Assembly: GCA_964527555.1 (NCBI GenBank)
Contig: CAZGOG010000001.1
Coordinates: 52,602 to 116,601, forward strand
Direction of reading: 5' to 3'
From: an uncultured Planctomycetia bacterium
GTDB taxonomy: Bacteria; Omnitrophota; Gorgyraeia; Tantalellales; Tantalellaceae
DNA: 64,000 bases
The notes beneath the pieces were generated by a model. That model did not search any database. It was not told the DNA's origin and was given only the letters and a program-made list of their open reading frames with translations. The position numbers and the translations under genes were made by a program. This document shows positions 9,897 to 20,346 of the stretch, piece by piece. How positions within the stretch are numbered: position 1 is the first letter of the stretch; the number at the start of each line of letters is the position of its first letter.

Positions 9897-10787
9897 CTAT
9901 ATCCTTCCGAGTTCTTTCTTTATGGCAAGCCTCATGACTTTTCTGGTATCTTTAAGGGAACACTCCGTCCAGATATTAAAAGCCAAAGCTCCCTGATTAA
10001 CCAGCATACCCACGCCGCCTACCGCAACGAGTCCTTTTCTGCGGGCGATATCGACAAGCCTGGTCTCTTTGGCATAGACCAGATCATAGAGCACCATCCC
10101 CTCCCTAAGATAATTCTCTGCTATAGGCAGCGGATCTTCCATGTTTATCCCAAGAGGTGTTGCGTTTACCACCAGGTCACAATTAGCGAATTTCTCGGGC
10201 AAATCGTCAGGATCGACTTCAAACAGTATCTCTTCGGTAAAATTGTCCTCGAAAACTTTTTTTAGAGCCTCCAGCTTCGCATCATCCACATCATATACGT
10301 TTATGCTTTTGGGCCGATTCTTACCAAGCATCGCCAGATACAGGCTTATAGCCCGTCCGGCGCCGCCTGAGCCGATGATAAAAATATCCTTTCCGCGCGG
10401 ATTGAATCCGGCATCTTCAAGCAAAGATTCGTAAAAACCCGCACCGTCAGTATTAAACGCCTCGATGACTGAAGAGCCGATCTTCACGGTATTTATCGCA
10501 CCGAGAACTTTTGCCACTTTATCTATTGAAGAATCCTTGCGCCTCTCCAATAGTTCCTTAACCCTTATCTTGTAAGGGACAGTGACATTGATACCGCTTA
10601 CCTTCCCGGCGAAGACCGTATCTTTGAAGAAACTTTCCAGGTCTTTTTCTTCAATATCAAATAGTTTATATTCAGCGGGTATCTTGAAATGCTTGAAAGC
10701 GGCGTTATGCATAGCGGGAGACAAAGAATAGCTTATTTTCTTTCCTAGAAGCCCGTAAACTTTTTTATTTTCCGTGTCATTTCCCAT
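9897..10787 (-). CDS. aroE: Shikimate dehydrogenase
   Basis: SLSPAMHN, NVTVPYK, NTDG, GSGGAG, NATPLG, DLVY. Confidence 0.95.
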   Translation of the reverse strand: MGNDTENKKVYGLLGKKISYSLSPAMHNAAFKHFKIPAEYKLFDIEEKDLESFFKDTVFAGKVSGINVTVPYKIRVKELLERRKDSSIDKVAKVLGAINTVKIGSSVIEAFNTDGAGFYESLLEDAGFNPRGKDIFIIGSGGAGRAISLYLAMLGKNRPKSINVYDVDDAKLEALKKVFEDNFTEEILFEVDPDDLPEKFANCDLVVNATPLGINMEDPLPIAENYLREGMVLYDLVYAKETRLVDIARRKGLVAVGGVGMLVNQGALAFNIWTECSLKDTRKVMRLAIKKELGRI

Positions 10788-10831
10788 AACGTCTTATAAA
10801 GTGACTTTACCCTTCTCCCCCTTAGAGACCA

Positions 10832-12358
10832 TTATCTGAGTTTTTTCTTCCTGAGCGCAAGATGGTTAACGGCGTTCACATAAGCAAGCACGCTTGCCTC
10901 TATGACATCCGTGCTTGAACCCCTGCCTACAACCATATCGCCCTTAAAAGCGATCTTCACGTTAGCTTCTCCAAGAGCGTCTTTACCCGCAGTCACGGCA
11001 TTGACTTTATAATCCACAAGCCTTCCCTTTAATCCGATGGCCTTATCGATCGTCTTGAAGCAGGCGTCTATGGGACCGTCACCGGTAGCGGTGGCGTTTA
11101 TCTTCTTGCTGCCGTCAGCCAGCTCTACACTGGCCACGGGTCTTATCTTATTGCCGCTTGTCACCTGGAAGTTAAGAAGCTTGTACTTCTCAGGGATAGT
11201 CGCCAGTTCATCCTCGACGATCGTCGCCAGATCCTCATCGAATATCTTGTTTTTCTTGTCAGCAAGCTGCTTGAACCGAAGAAAAGCCTGATCCAGTTCC
11301 TTCCCGGAAAGAGTGTACCCCAGCTTTTTAAGCCTCGCTGAAAAAGCATGCCTCCCGGAAAGCTTGCCCAGAACTATCCTGCTTCCTTCAAATCCCACAT
11401 CCTGGGGCCTGATAATCTCATAAGTGACTCTTTTTTTCATGACGCCGTCCTGATGTATGCCGGACTCATGGCTGAAAGCGTTTTCACCGATTATAGCCTT
11501 GTTCGGCTGAACGGGTATACCGGTAAGTTTACTTACAAGTTTACTTGTCTTATAAAGTTCCTTTGTGCGGATGCCGGTCGTGAATCCTCTGAAGATATCC
11601 TTACGCATCACGATACCCATTACGATCTCTTCTAAAGAAGCGTTCCCGGCCCTTTCGCCCAGACCGTTAATGGTGCACTCTACCTGCCCGGCACCGTTCA
11701 GTACGGCCGCCAAAGAGTTACTCACCCCAAGACCAAGATCGTTATGGCAGTGAACGCTTATAACGGCTTTGTTAATATTAGGCACGGTCTCTTTAAGACG
11801 CTTTATGATCCCGCCGAACTCCTGGGGGACCGAATACCCCACGGTATCAGGGATGTTTACGGTCCTGGCACCTGCGTCTATGACAGCTTCTACAACCTGC
11901 GCAAGAAAATCAGGTTCCGTACGTGAAGCGTCTTCCGGTGAAAACTCTATATCGGGGAGTTTGCGCCTGGCGTACCTGACCGCTTCCACGGAAGTCTTAA
12001 GTATCTCGCTCTTGGCTTTCTTCAGCTTGTACTCTCTGTGTATTTTACTGGTCGCAAGAAAGACATGTATCCTCGGCTTCTTCGCTTTTTTAAGCGCCGC
12101 GTAAGCATCGTCTATGTCCCTCTTAGTGGCCCTGGCAAGACCGCATATTATGGGGCGCTTGATGTGCTTACTGACAGTTCTTACGGCCTCAAGGTCTCCC
12201 GGGGAAGTGCGTGGAAAGCCCGCCTCTATGACGTCAACTCCAAGCTCTTCAAGCTGAAAAGCTATTTTAAGTTTTTCGTTAACGGTTAGAGACGCCCCCG
12301 GCGTCTGTTCCCCGTCCCTTAAGGTCGTGTCGAATATGATTATTTTGTCTTTCTTCAT
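10832..12358 (-). CDS. leuA: 2-isopropylmalate synthase
   Basis: DTTLRDGEQ, HCHNDLG, GERAGNA, HESGIHQDG, C-terminal regulatory domain. Confidence 0.96.
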   Translation of the reverse strand: MKKDKIIIFDTTLRDGEQTPGASLTVNEKLKIAFQLEELGVDVIEAGFPRTSPGDLEAVRTVSKHIKRPIICGLARATKRDIDDAYAALKKAKKPRIHVFLATSKIHREYKLKKAKSEILKTSVEAVRYARRKLPDIEFSPEDASRTEPDFLAQVVEAVIDAGARTVNIPDTVGYSVPQEFGGIIKRLKETVPNINKAVISVHCHNDLGLGVSNSLAAVLNGAGQVECTINGLGERAGNASLEEIVMGIVMRKDIFRGFTTGIRTKELYKTSKLVSKLTGIPVQPNKAIIGENAFSHESGIHQDGVMKKRVTYEIIRPQDVGFEGSRIVLGKLSGRHAFSARLKKLGYTLSGKELDQAFLRFKQLADKKNKIFDEDLATIVEDELATIPEKYKLLNFQVTSGNKIRPVASVELADGSKKINATATGDGPIDACFKTIDKAIGLKGRLVDYKVNAVTAGKDALGEANVKIAFKGDMVVGRGSSTDVIEASVLAYVNAVNHLALRKKKLR

Positions 12359-12387
12359 GAGTGGCCCTCTTTTTCTCTATAGGTACA

Positions 12388-13377
12388 TTATTCCATCCAC
12401 GGCATCATGCTACGAAGTTCTTTGCCGATTTTCTCTATTTTATGCTCTTTCTCCTCTTCCGTGATCCTGTTATAATTGGGCCGCCCCTCTTCGTTCTCCT
12501 TTATCCATTCCTTTGCGAAACTCCCCGACTGGATCTCGGACAGGATCTTTTTCATCTCTTCACGCGTCTTTTTATTTATGATCCTTTTGCCTCTGGTGAT
12601 ATCACCGTACTCGGCCGTGTCGGAGACTCTTTTCCTCATGCCGTAAATACCGGTCTTGTAGATAAGATCGGTTATGAGTTTAAGCTCATGAAGACACTCA
12701 AAATAAGCGATCTCAGGCTGGTATCCCGCCTCCACCAGAGTGTCAAAACCGGCCTTTATCAGTTCCGACGTGCCGCCGCAAAGCACTGCCTGCTCGCCGA
12801 AAAGGTCCGTCTCCGTCTCTTCCTTGAAAGTAGTCTCGATAACGCCGGCTCTAGTCCCGCCTATAGCTTTGGCATACGCAAGAGCCTTGTCTTTGGCCTT
12901 GCCGCTAAAATCCTGGAAAACGGCGATAAGGGACGGTACGCCTTTACCCTGCTCGTACATCTCTCGTACCAATGCCCCGGGCCCCTTGGGAGCAACCATA
13001 AAAACATCCACATCCTTAGGCGGCACGATCTGCTTGAAATGAATATTAAACCCGTGCGAAAAAACAAGCGATTTTCCTTTCGACAGGTTGGGTTCAATGG
13101 CTTTTTTATAAACAGCCGCCTGTACGTGGTCCTGCGTAAGTATCTGTATGATATCAGCTTCTTCCGCCGCTTCTTCCGCGGAAAGCACGCTGAATCCGTC
13201 CTCCTGGGCCTGTTTATAATTAGCCGTCCCCTCGAGTTCGCTGACAAGGACGTTTATACCGCTATCCCTGAGGTTAAGCGCCTGTCCCCGGCCCTGTATC
13301 CCGTAGCCTATGATGGCTACTTTTAAACCTTTGATAAAATCCAAACTTGCATCTTTGTCATAATACATCTTTGCCAT
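12388..13377 (-). CDS. ilvC: Ketol-acid reductoisomerase
   Basis: [35 protein letters not shown]. Confidence 0.97.
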   Translation of the reverse strand: MAKMYYDKDASLDFIKGLKVAIIGYGIQGRGQALNLRDSGINVLVSELEGTANYKQAQEDGFSVLSAEEAAEEADIIQILTQDHVQAAVYKKAIEPNLSKGKSLVFSHGFNIHFKQIVPPKDVDVFMVAPKGPGALVREMYEQGKGVPSLIAVFQDFSGKAKDKALAYAKAIGGTRAGVIETTFKEETETDLFGEQAVLCGGTSELIKAGFDTLVEAGYQPEIAYFECLHELKLITDLIYKTGIYGMRKRVSDTAEYGDITRGKRIINKKTREEMKKILSEIQSGSFAKEWIKENEEGRPNYNRITEEEKEHKIEKIGKELRSMMPWME

Positions 13378-13408
13378 TTGTCTCTCCTCCTGTTATTATT
13401 GGCGCAAC

Positions 13409-13897
13409 TTAACTGGCTCCATCTGATTTTAAGGCTATCTTGCCGGTCCTTACGATCTCCAGGATGCCGTAAGGACGCAATAGTTCCATAAGCGCTTTTA
13501 TCCTGTGCTCATCCCCGGACTCCTCTACGGTGACAAACTTTTTGCCTATATCGATTATCTCGGCTCCCGTGGAATCGACGATTCTCACGATTTTTTCGCG
13601 CACCTTTGTATTGTCCGTTTTCACCTTTATCAGGATGAGTTCCCTGTCTACGTATTCTCCTCCCGTAAGGTCCTCCACCCTGATGACATCAACGAGCTTG
13701 TTAAGCTGTTTTTTCACCTGCTCCAGTATCTTTTCGTCGGCGTCCACCACTATCGTCATACGCGAGACGTTATGATCCTCAGTCTCTCCCACAGCCAGGG
13801 AATCTATATTAAATCCGCGGGCGCTAAAGAGACCCGCCACCCTGGCCAGAACGCCGAACTTGTTCTCCACTAAAGCCGATATCACGAATTTACTCAT
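13409..13897 (-). CDS. ilvN: Acetolactate synthase small subunit
   Basis: ENKFGVLARVAGLFSARGFNIDSL ACT domain; start revised to ATG 13897 with an AAGGAG RBS. Confidence 0.95.
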   Translation of the reverse strand: MSKFVISALVENKFGVLARVAGLFSARGFNIDSLAVGETEDHNVSRMTIVVDADEKILEQVKKQLNKLVDVIRVEDLTGGEYVDRELILIKVKTDNTKVREKIVRIVDSTGAEIIDIGKKFVTVEESGDEHRIKALMELLRPYGILEIVRTGKIALKSDGAS

Positions 13898-13927
13898 GTT
13901 CTTCTCCTTGTAATAAGATTTTTTCAG

Positions 13928-14085
13928 ATGAATCTCCACGGGCTTACGTCCGTCCTTTCATCTCTTTCGCCTCGTGGCGTCACAACTTCTCGAGATGCGC
14001 CTTCACACCCGTGGTGTTCCTTGCCCCAAGCACCTCTTCATTTCATTAGAGATTCATGGTGAGCAAGCGAAGCGCGCCGAACCAT
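13928..14085. repeat. Dispersed structured intergenic element, subtype A, copy 2 (158 bp)
   Basis: Colinear with 8930-9087; about 14 substitutions by manual alignment. Confidence 0.95.
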
Positions 14086-14089
14086 AAGG

Positions 14090-15784
14090 CTACGCCAGCC
14101 CATGCAGCATCTCGCTTATGGATTTACCCGCCGGCACCATGGGATAGACGTTCTCTTCTCTTTCGATTATAAAATCCAGAATGACCGGCCCTTTGGCTTT
14201 GATCGCGGTCTTAAGGGCTTTTTTAACTTCACTCTTTTTGGTCACTCTTATGCCTTGGGCTCCGTAACTTTCAGCAAGTTTCACGAAATCCGGACACATG
14301 GTGCAGTTTCCGTCAGTCAAAGGAGTCCATGCGTAACGCTTCTGATAAAACAGCTCCTGCCACTGACGCACCATACCCAGATAACCGTTGTTGAGTATAA
14401 CTATGATAACGGGTATCTTTCCCATGACGGCTGTAGCCAGTTCCTGGATATTCATCTGGATACTGCCGTCACCGGCTATGTCAAAAACGATCGAGCCGGG
14501 TTTACCGACCTTAGCGCCGATAGCCGCGGGAAACCCGTACCCCATAGTACCCAATCCGCCGCTTGATATCCAAGTCCTGGGCTTGGTATAGGTATAGTAC
14601 TGCGCCGCCCACATCTGGTTCTGACCGACCTCAGTCGAGATAATAACATCTTTGTCTTTAGTAAGCTCATAGATCTCCTCGATAATATACTGGGGACGGA
14701 GTTTCTTGTCAGACGCATATTTAAGAGGAAGCTGCCTCTTCCAGCTGTTAATAGTTTTATGCCAGGCGGCGTAAGGTTTTTTCTTAACGTGTTTTACAAG
14801 TTCCTTCAGCACCGTCTTGGCGTCCCCGATGACGGGAATGTCTACCTGCACGTTTTTACTCACGCTGGACGGATCGATGTCTATATGCACTATTGTAGCG
14901 GTAGGCGCAAAGTCGTCTATCCTGCCGGTAACCCTGTCGTCAAACCTGGCGCCGATAGCGATGATAAGATCAGAATCCTGCACCGCATGATTGGCGTAAG
15001 CCGTCCCATGCATACCCAGCATACCCAGACTTAAAGAATCATCTTCCGGGAAAGTCCCCAGCCCCATCAAAGTGGTAGTAACGGGTATATTGCTCTTGCG
15101 GGCAAACGCCGTAAGTTCCGCGCTGGCACCTGAAAGTATTATCCCTCCGCCGGCGTAGATAATGGGGCTGTCGCTTTTCTCGATCGCCTTGGCTATCTTT
15201 TTTATCTGGCCGATGTGTCCCTTATAAGTCGGTTTATACCCTTTAAGCGTGACCTCTTTAGGATATTTAAATTCCGCCGTATCCAGCTGGACGTCCACCG
15301 GAAGATCTATTAAAACAGGTCCGGGTCTGCCGGTTCTGGCGATATGAAAAGCTTCCTTGACCACCTGCGCAAGTTCCTTTATGTCTTTCACGAGGTAATT
15401 ATGTTTTGTAATGGGCCGCGTAATACCGACCATATCAGCTTCCTGGAAAGCGTCGTTACCGATAAGGCTCGACTTGACCTGCCCGGTAATAGCGACTATG
15501 GGAATAGAATCCATGTTCGCCGTAGCTATTCCGGTGACAAGATTGGTCGCACCGGGCCCTGAGGTAGCTACGCACACTCCCACCTCGCCTGTCGCGCGGG
15601 CATACCCGTCAGCCGCATGTATAGCGCCCTGCTCATGACGCACAAGATGAAACGTTATGTCTTTGACGCCGTACATCTTGTCACCCAGAGGTATTACCGA
15701 ACCGCCGGGATATCCGAAGATATGCTTAACCCCTTCAGCCCTTAGACTTTGTATTAATATTTCCGCACCAGTGATCTTAGCCAT
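14090..15784 (-). CDS. ilvB: Acetolactate synthase large subunit
   Basis: [31 protein letters not shown]...NN TPP motif. Confidence 0.97.
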   Translation of the reverse strand: MAKITGAEILIQSLRAEGVKHIFGYPGGSVIPLGDKMYGVKDITFHLVRHEQGAIHAADGYARATGEVGVCVATSGPGATNLVTGIATANMDSIPIVAITGQVKSSLIGNDAFQEADMVGITRPITKHNYLVKDIKELAQVVKEAFHIARTGRPGPVLIDLPVDVQLDTAEFKYPKEVTLKGYKPTYKGHIGQIKKIAKAIEKSDSPIIYAGGGIILSGASAELTAFARKSNIPVTTTLMGLGTFPEDDSLSLGMLGMHGTAYANHAVQDSDLIIAIGARFDDRVTGRIDDFAPTATIVHIDIDPSSVSKNVQVDIPVIGDAKTVLKELVKHVKKKPYAAWHKTINSWKRQLPLKYASDKKLRPQYIIEEIYELTKDKDVIISTEVGQNQMWAAQYYTYTKPRTWISSGGLGTMGYGFPAAIGAKVGKPGSIVFDIAGDGSIQMNIQELATAVMGKIPVIIVILNNGYLGMVRQWQELFYQKRYAWTPLTDGNCTMCPDFVKLAESYGAQGIRVTKKSEVKKALKTAIKAKGPVILDFIIEREENVYPMVPAGKSISEMLHGLA

Positions 15785-15851
15785 TTTACCTCTCCCCTAT
15801 ATTATTAATTATCATTTCCTATATGTGCCCCACTTTCAAAATGCGTTTTAT

Positions 15852-15879
15852 AATATAACATAACGCCCGTTTTTGTCAA
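15852..15879 (-). promoter_or_regulatory. Putative sigma70 promoter of the ilv-leu-aro operon
   Basis: Minus strand TTGACA-N16-TATATT with a TG extension, about 70 bp upstream of ilvB. Confidence 0.6.
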
Positions 15880-15930
15880 GGATTGAGCTAGCCTCTTATA
15901 TTAGAGACACTTTTTCTTGCATTTTACCCA

Positions 15931-16046
15931 TGCACCAGAAGGCCACGCCCGTAAGGGCGTGGATAAATGGCCTTCGGTGCAGTCTTTCCGCTTGACGGAA
16001 AGACTGAAACTGTGGATGCCATGGACGTTAGCCCATGGAGCTTCAC
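15931..16046 (+). mobile_element. Non-autonomous IS200/IS605-like palindromic element related to the dispersed repeat
   Basis: Three hairpins (CCACGCCC-GTAA-GGGCGTGG; CAGTCTTTCCG-CTTGA-CGGAAAGACTG; CCATGG..CCATGG). The terminus CCATGGACGTTAGCCCATGGAGCTTCAC matches the repeat terminus CCACGGACGTAAGTCCGTGGAGATTCAT. Confidence 0.6.
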
Positions 16047-16082
16047 TTTCAAAAAAATGCAAAATTTTTTCAGTCTTCTGTT

Positions 16083-17207
16083 TCAACTTTTGTAAATGCG
16101 GGGGACCCTGTCCGTCACCGAGGACAGAATCTCATAAGGAATGGTCCCGGAAAGTTTGGCGATCTTCTCGATCAGGATCTCAGAATCTCCCTGCCGGCCT
16201 ATCAGGACGACTTCATCTCCGACTTCTGCGTTCTCGACATTGCCGACATCCAAAAGCGTCTGGTCCATAGTGACTATCCCGGCGACTTTGACGTATTTGC
16301 CGTTAAGAAGCGCCTCTGCCTTATTGGAAAGTATCCTGCCATATCCATCGGCATAACCTATGGGGATCGTGGCTATTTTTGTGCGTTTCTGCGTGATATA
16401 AGTCCTTCCGTAGCTTATAGACCTGCCGGGAGGCGTCTCTTTAAGATGCACTATCCGCGTCTTTAAGTTCATGACCGGTTTCAGCTTAAAGCTAGTGCGA
16501 AAGCTCTCTTTGGGGTACACTCCGTAGAGAAGGATACCTGTTCTAACCAGGTTTAAATGTGACTTTTTCCAGTCTACTACCGCGATACTGTTAGCTGCAT
16601 GCTTATACTTTGCTTTAATCCCGGCGCCCTCCATATCACCGAGAACTTTCTCAAAAAAACTTATCTGTTGATTCGTTATGAGTTTATCCCGCGCAGCCGA
16701 AGAAAAATGGGTGTATACGCCCTCGGAGTCTATTTCTTTTCTGGAATGGACTTCTTTTATAAACTCGATAGCTTCCTCGTGCCATACTCCGATGCGTCCC
16801 ATACCCGTATCCACTTTGATGTGCACTTTGGGCCTCTTATCAAATTCTTTAGCCAGTTTGCTAAGTATCTCCAAGAGCCTCTTATCACATAAGGTAAGTG
16901 TAATGTCACCGGCGACCGCCGCTTTTGCTTCTTCTTCAAGAACCGAACCCAAGACCAGTACAGGTGTTTTTATGCCGGAAGACCTGAGCGCCAGGGCCTC
17001 ATCGACTGTAGCTACACCTAGATAATCGACACCTTCCTCGACTAACGCGCGGCTCACTTCTAAAAGCCCGTGACCATAAGCGTTTGCCTTGACGACAGCC
17101 ATGACAGCCACTTTCCCGTCAATAAACCGCCGGACGCATCCCAGGTTGAATTTGACGGCAGCCAGGTCTATCTCCGCCCATGTGGGCCTGTAGCTTTTAT
17201 TATTCAT
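16083..17207 (-). CDS. alr: Alanine racemase
   Basis: AVVKANAYGHG, KVDTGMGRIG, HAANS, IGYADG. Confidence 0.97.
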   Translation of the reverse strand: MNNKSYRPTWAEIDLAAVKFNLGCVRRFIDGKVAVMAVVKANAYGHGLLEVSRALVEEGVDYLGVATVDEALALRSSGIKTPVLVLGSVLEEEAKAAVAGDITLTLCDKRLLEILSKLAKEFDKRPKVHIKVDTGMGRIGVWHEEAIEFIKEVHSRKEIDSEGVYTHFSSAARDKLITNQQISFFEKVLGDMEGAGIKAKYKHAANSIAVVDWKKSHLNLVRTGILLYGVYPKESFRTSFKLKPVMNLKTRIVHLKETPPGRSISYGRTYITQKRTKIATIPIGYADGYGRILSNKAEALLNGKYVKVAGIVTMDQTLLDVGNVENAEVGDEVVLIGRQGDSEILIEKIAKLSGTIPYEILSSVTDRVPRIYKS

Positions 17208-17208
17208 A

Positions 17209-17892
17209 TTATTTTCTCTTTATGATATTGCATTCCTTTGAATGAAGATACAACGGGTCTATTGTTTCCGGATCAGCTGTGCCTCTTACGGATCTTTCAA
17301 GCCCTAAAGTCGCGATATCTACGGCTCTAGGATACCAGTCCGTTTCCAGGCTATAACTCGCTAAGCGGGAAGAGTCCAGTTTTTCTTTATATTTCGGGAC
17401 GCCGCTACCGAAGAAAAAAACCTCTTTATCCAAAGTCTCCAGAAAGTCATCGACTTCCGTTAAAAGATAATCCGTGCTTCTTTCAACCGTCCCCCCGGAG
17501 CGGTCGTAGATACAAGTATATACTTTTTCCTTATGCGCATCAAGTAACGGAGCGATGCGGCTGCCTTCGGCTTTCCTGGCTGCGGGGCTTAGCGCGATCG
17601 CATCCATGGTAGGCACTCCCATCACCCTGCTGCCCAAAACTATCGCAAGCCCTTTTACCGTGCCCATCGCTATGCGCAGGCCCGTAAACGACCCGGGGCC
17701 GAGCCCCACACACACCAGTTCAATATCGCCGGCTCTCCAAGCTTCTCTCTCTAGCATATCTTTTATTGTGGGGATGAGTATTCCGCTGTGGCGCACGCCC
17801 GCGTCCTCATGGAATGAACTCACTACGCGTCTATCCTCAAGAAGCGCTATTGATAAAAACTTTGTCGATGTGTCAAATGCAAGTGTTTTCAT
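17209..17892 (-). CDS. tsaB: t6A biosynthesis protein TsaB
   Basis: LAFDTST, GPGSFTGLRI, PLY; start revised to ATG 17892. Confidence 0.94.
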   Translation of the reverse strand: MKTLAFDTSTKFLSIALLEDRRVVSSFHEDAGVRHSGILIPTIKDMLEREAWRAGDIELVCVGLGPGSFTGLRIAMGTVKGLAIVLGSRVMGVPTMDAIALSPAARKAEGSRIAPLLDAHKEKVYTCIYDRSGGTVERSTDYLLTEVDDFLETLDKEVFFFGSGVPKYKEKLDSSRLASYSLETDWYPRAVDIATLGLERSVRGTADPETIDPLYLHSKECNIIKRK

Positions 17893-17893
17893 A

Positions 17894-18349
17894 TTAAAAA
17901 CCATCCAGCTTCGCCGCAAGACGCTCTCCCACGCCTTTAAACTCCAGGCGCCTTTTATCCCCATCATGATACGAGATCTTGACTAAGAGGTATTCCTCAG
18001 GCAATATATCGGGCAGTTTATCCGCCCATTCGACGACGGTGATCCCCGTATTATAAAAATATCTTTCATAGTCCAGAGTGTCGCAGAAACTCTTCTGATC
18101 CAGCCGGTATACATCAAAATGATAGAGACTCTTCTCTCCGGTATATTCTTTCAGGACGACAAAAGAGGGACTGTTTACATACGTGTAGTCTTCCACTCCC
18201 AGCCCCTTGGCCAGACCTTTCACGAACATGGTCTTTCCGGAACCCAGCTCGCCTACCAAAGCGACAAAGTCCCCCTCATCCAGCCGTTTCGCAAGCCGCG
18301 AAGCCACATCCACAGTCTCCTCCGGGGAACGAGTTATTATGTTTTTCAT
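17894..18349 (-). CDS. tsaE: t6A biosynthesis ATPase TsaE
   Basis: GELGSGKT, SPSF, HFDVYRL, VEWA. Confidence 0.95.
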   Translation of the reverse strand: MKNIITRSPEETVDVASRLAKRLDEGDFVALVGELGSGKTMFVKGLAKGLGVEDYTYVNSPSFVVLKEYTGEKSLYHFDVYRLDQKSFCDTLDYERYFYNTGITVVEWADKLPDILPEEYLLVKISYHDGDKRRLEFKGVGERLAAKLDGF

Positions 18350-18409
18350 GATGTTTTACCCTGAAAAATAAATACAGATATTCTCTAATTCTTGCTTTTT
18401 TAGGCTGCT

Positions 18410-19306
18410 CTAAAGATGCCTGAAGCCTTCCTTCTTCAAGGGGGTTTCGTTACCCTCTTTACCTATAAGAATAAGACCCTCATTTTTAGACGTGATCTCG
18501 CCGATAACAAAATACGGGCTTTTTTCTTTACGTTTTCTTGCGCTTAAAAAAAGCTTTCTTGCTTCTTTGACCGGCATGGTAAAAAGTAGCTCAAAACTCT
18601 CCCCATAATAAAGCGCATCCTTAAGCGAAAGTCCTCTTGCAAGCGGGACAGCGCTTTCGTATAACCTGCACCCTACCCTGCTTTCGGACGAGATGCGTGA
18701 AACATCCAAAGCTATACCGTCAGAGACGTCTATCATGGAACTAACCCTATAGTGATCTGCAAGGAACTGCGCTTCTTTTACTCTGGGCTCGAAGTCCAGG
18801 TGTCTCTTCCTACCGTCTCTCACCGGACCCGTGATCAGTATAAGATCCCCTTTCCTGGCGCCGTTTCGTTTAAGAAGATTTTTTCTCGCTACAATCCCCA
18901 TGATAGAGACATCGATAAGAAGCTTGCTGGATTTATTGGTGTCTCCTCCTACGACTTTCACTCCATATTTTTTGCAAATCTCAAAAATACCGTCATATAT
19001 TTTTCCTACCGCGCGTTCTTTCATCTTAGAAGGGATGCCTATAGTGACGGTAATATATTTCGGCACGCCTCCCATAGCGGCGATATCGCTTATATTAACC
19101 GCAACGGCCTTATGCCCGATTTTCTTATAGGATGCTTTCTTTAATTTAAAGTGGGTGTCTTCCACAAGCATGTCAGTCGCCCAGAGAAGATAATGCCCTT
19201 TATCGTACCCTAATACAGCGCAGTCATCGCCTATCCCGGTTTCTACCTTCTTGCCGGGCTTACCTGCACGTTTTCGTATCCAGTCGACGAGCTTGAGTTC
19301 CTTCAT
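18410..19306 (-). CDS. thiL: Thiamine-monophosphate kinase
   Basis: GIGDDCA, NISDIAAMGG, GGDT, IDVSDG. Confidence 0.95.
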   Translation of the reverse strand: MKELKLVDWIRKRAGKPGKKVETGIGDDCAVLGYDKGHYLLWATDMLVEDTHFKLKKASYKKIGHKAVAVNISDIAAMGGVPKYITVTIGIPSKMKERAVGKIYDGIFEICKKYGVKVVGGDTNKSSKLLIDVSIMGIVARKNLLKRNGARKGDLILITGPVRDGRKRHLDFEPRVKEAQFLADHYRVSSMIDVSDGIALDVSRISSESRVGCRLYESAVPLARGLSLKDALYYGESFELLFTMPVKEARKLFLSARKRKEKSPYFVIGEITSKNEGLILIGKEGNETPLKKEGFRHL

Positions 19307-20337
19307 GCTTTACCCGCCCTCTTTATTTTCTTCCGGTTCGGTTTTACTATGATCCCGCGTTCAGTGATAAAAGCCGTGATAAGTTTCGCCGGTGTCACGT
19401 CAAAAGCGGGATTAAACGCCTCTATATCTTTCGGGGTTATATATCGGCCATTTATCTTTTTGACTTCCTCCAACGATCTTTCCTCTATGGGGATACTACT
19501 GCCATCAGCAAGCGAAAGGTCAAATGTCGAGTGAGGAGCCGCCACATAAAAAGGCACCTTGTGATAATCGGCAAGCACCGCAAGGCTGTAAGTGCCTATC
19601 TTATTAGCGGTATCCCCGTTGGCGGCGATCCTGTCCGCTCCTACCACCACACAACCGATTTTTCCTTTTGCCATAAGCGAAGCCGCCATGTTATCGCATA
19701 TTAAAGTGGCGGGAATCCTCTGGCGGCGAAGCTCCCATGCAGTCAGACGCGCGCCTTGCAAGAGAGGGCGCGTTTCATCTACATAGACGCGGCGCACTTT
19801 CCCCCGCGAAGAAAAAATCACTCCAAGTGCCGTCCCATACCCGCCTGTCGCAAGCGATCCCGCATTACAGTGGGTAAGGACGTTCATTTTTCTTCTTAAA
19901 AGCTTCTTGCCGTTTTCGCCTATCTGACGGCACATCTCTACATCTTCCGCCAATATGGCGTGCGCTTCTTTTAAAAGAAGCGCTTTGACTTCTTTAAGGG
20001 GTTTATCCTTATTGCGCCCGGCGGCTCTCTCCATTCTTTCCAATGCCCAGAAGAGGTTGCGCGCTGTGGGACGTGAGCCGGCAATATATTTGGAGACTTT
20101 CTTTAACTCTTTATTGAAACTTTTAAAGTCTTTCGCGCGGCTCGTTCGCACGCCCAGATAGACCCCGTAAGAAGCAGCGACGCCTATCGCGGGCGCGCCT
20201 CTAATTTTCATCTTTTTGATCGCCTCATATATATCTTCGGCGCTTTTACATGCAACGTAAACCGTCTTAGCCGGAAGAAGCCGCTGGTCTATGAGTTCCG
20301 CTTTACCCGTCTTCCAGCGTATTGTATCGTATCTCAT
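19303..20337 (-). CDS. mtnA: Methylthioribose-1-phosphate isomerase
   Basis: IRGAPAIG, RPTA, THCNAG, ETRPLLQGARLT, GADRI, NKIGTY. Confidence 0.95.
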   Translation of the reverse strand: MRYDTIRWKTGKAELIDQRLLPAKTVYVACKSAEDIYEAIKKMKIRGAPAIGVAASYGVYLGVRTSRAKDFKSFNKELKKVSKYIAGSRPTARNLFWALERMERAAGRNKDKPLKEVKALLLKEAHAILAEDVEMCRQIGENGKKLLRRKMNVLTHCNAGSLATGGYGTALGVIFSSRGKVRRVYVDETRPLLQGARLTAWELRRQRIPATLICDNMAASLMAKGKIGCVVVGADRIAANGDTANKIGTYSLAVLADYHKVPFYVAAPHSTFDLSLADGSSIPIEERSLEEVKKINGRYITPKDIEAFNPAFDVTPAKLITAFITERGIIVKPNRKKIKRAGKA

Positions 20338-20346
20338 GTTTTCTCC

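Noticed and set aside
12361-13326. Long plus-strand ORFs (also 35908-36756, 44659-45597, 60156-60944)
   Set aside because: Antisense shadows of ilvC, clpC, ligA and secA with no recognisable motifs
15901-16086. 61-aa ORF downstream of alr as a possible ilv leader peptide
   Set aside because: It spans the palindromic element, is not Ile/Leu/Val-rich, and lies upstream of the putative ilvB promoter
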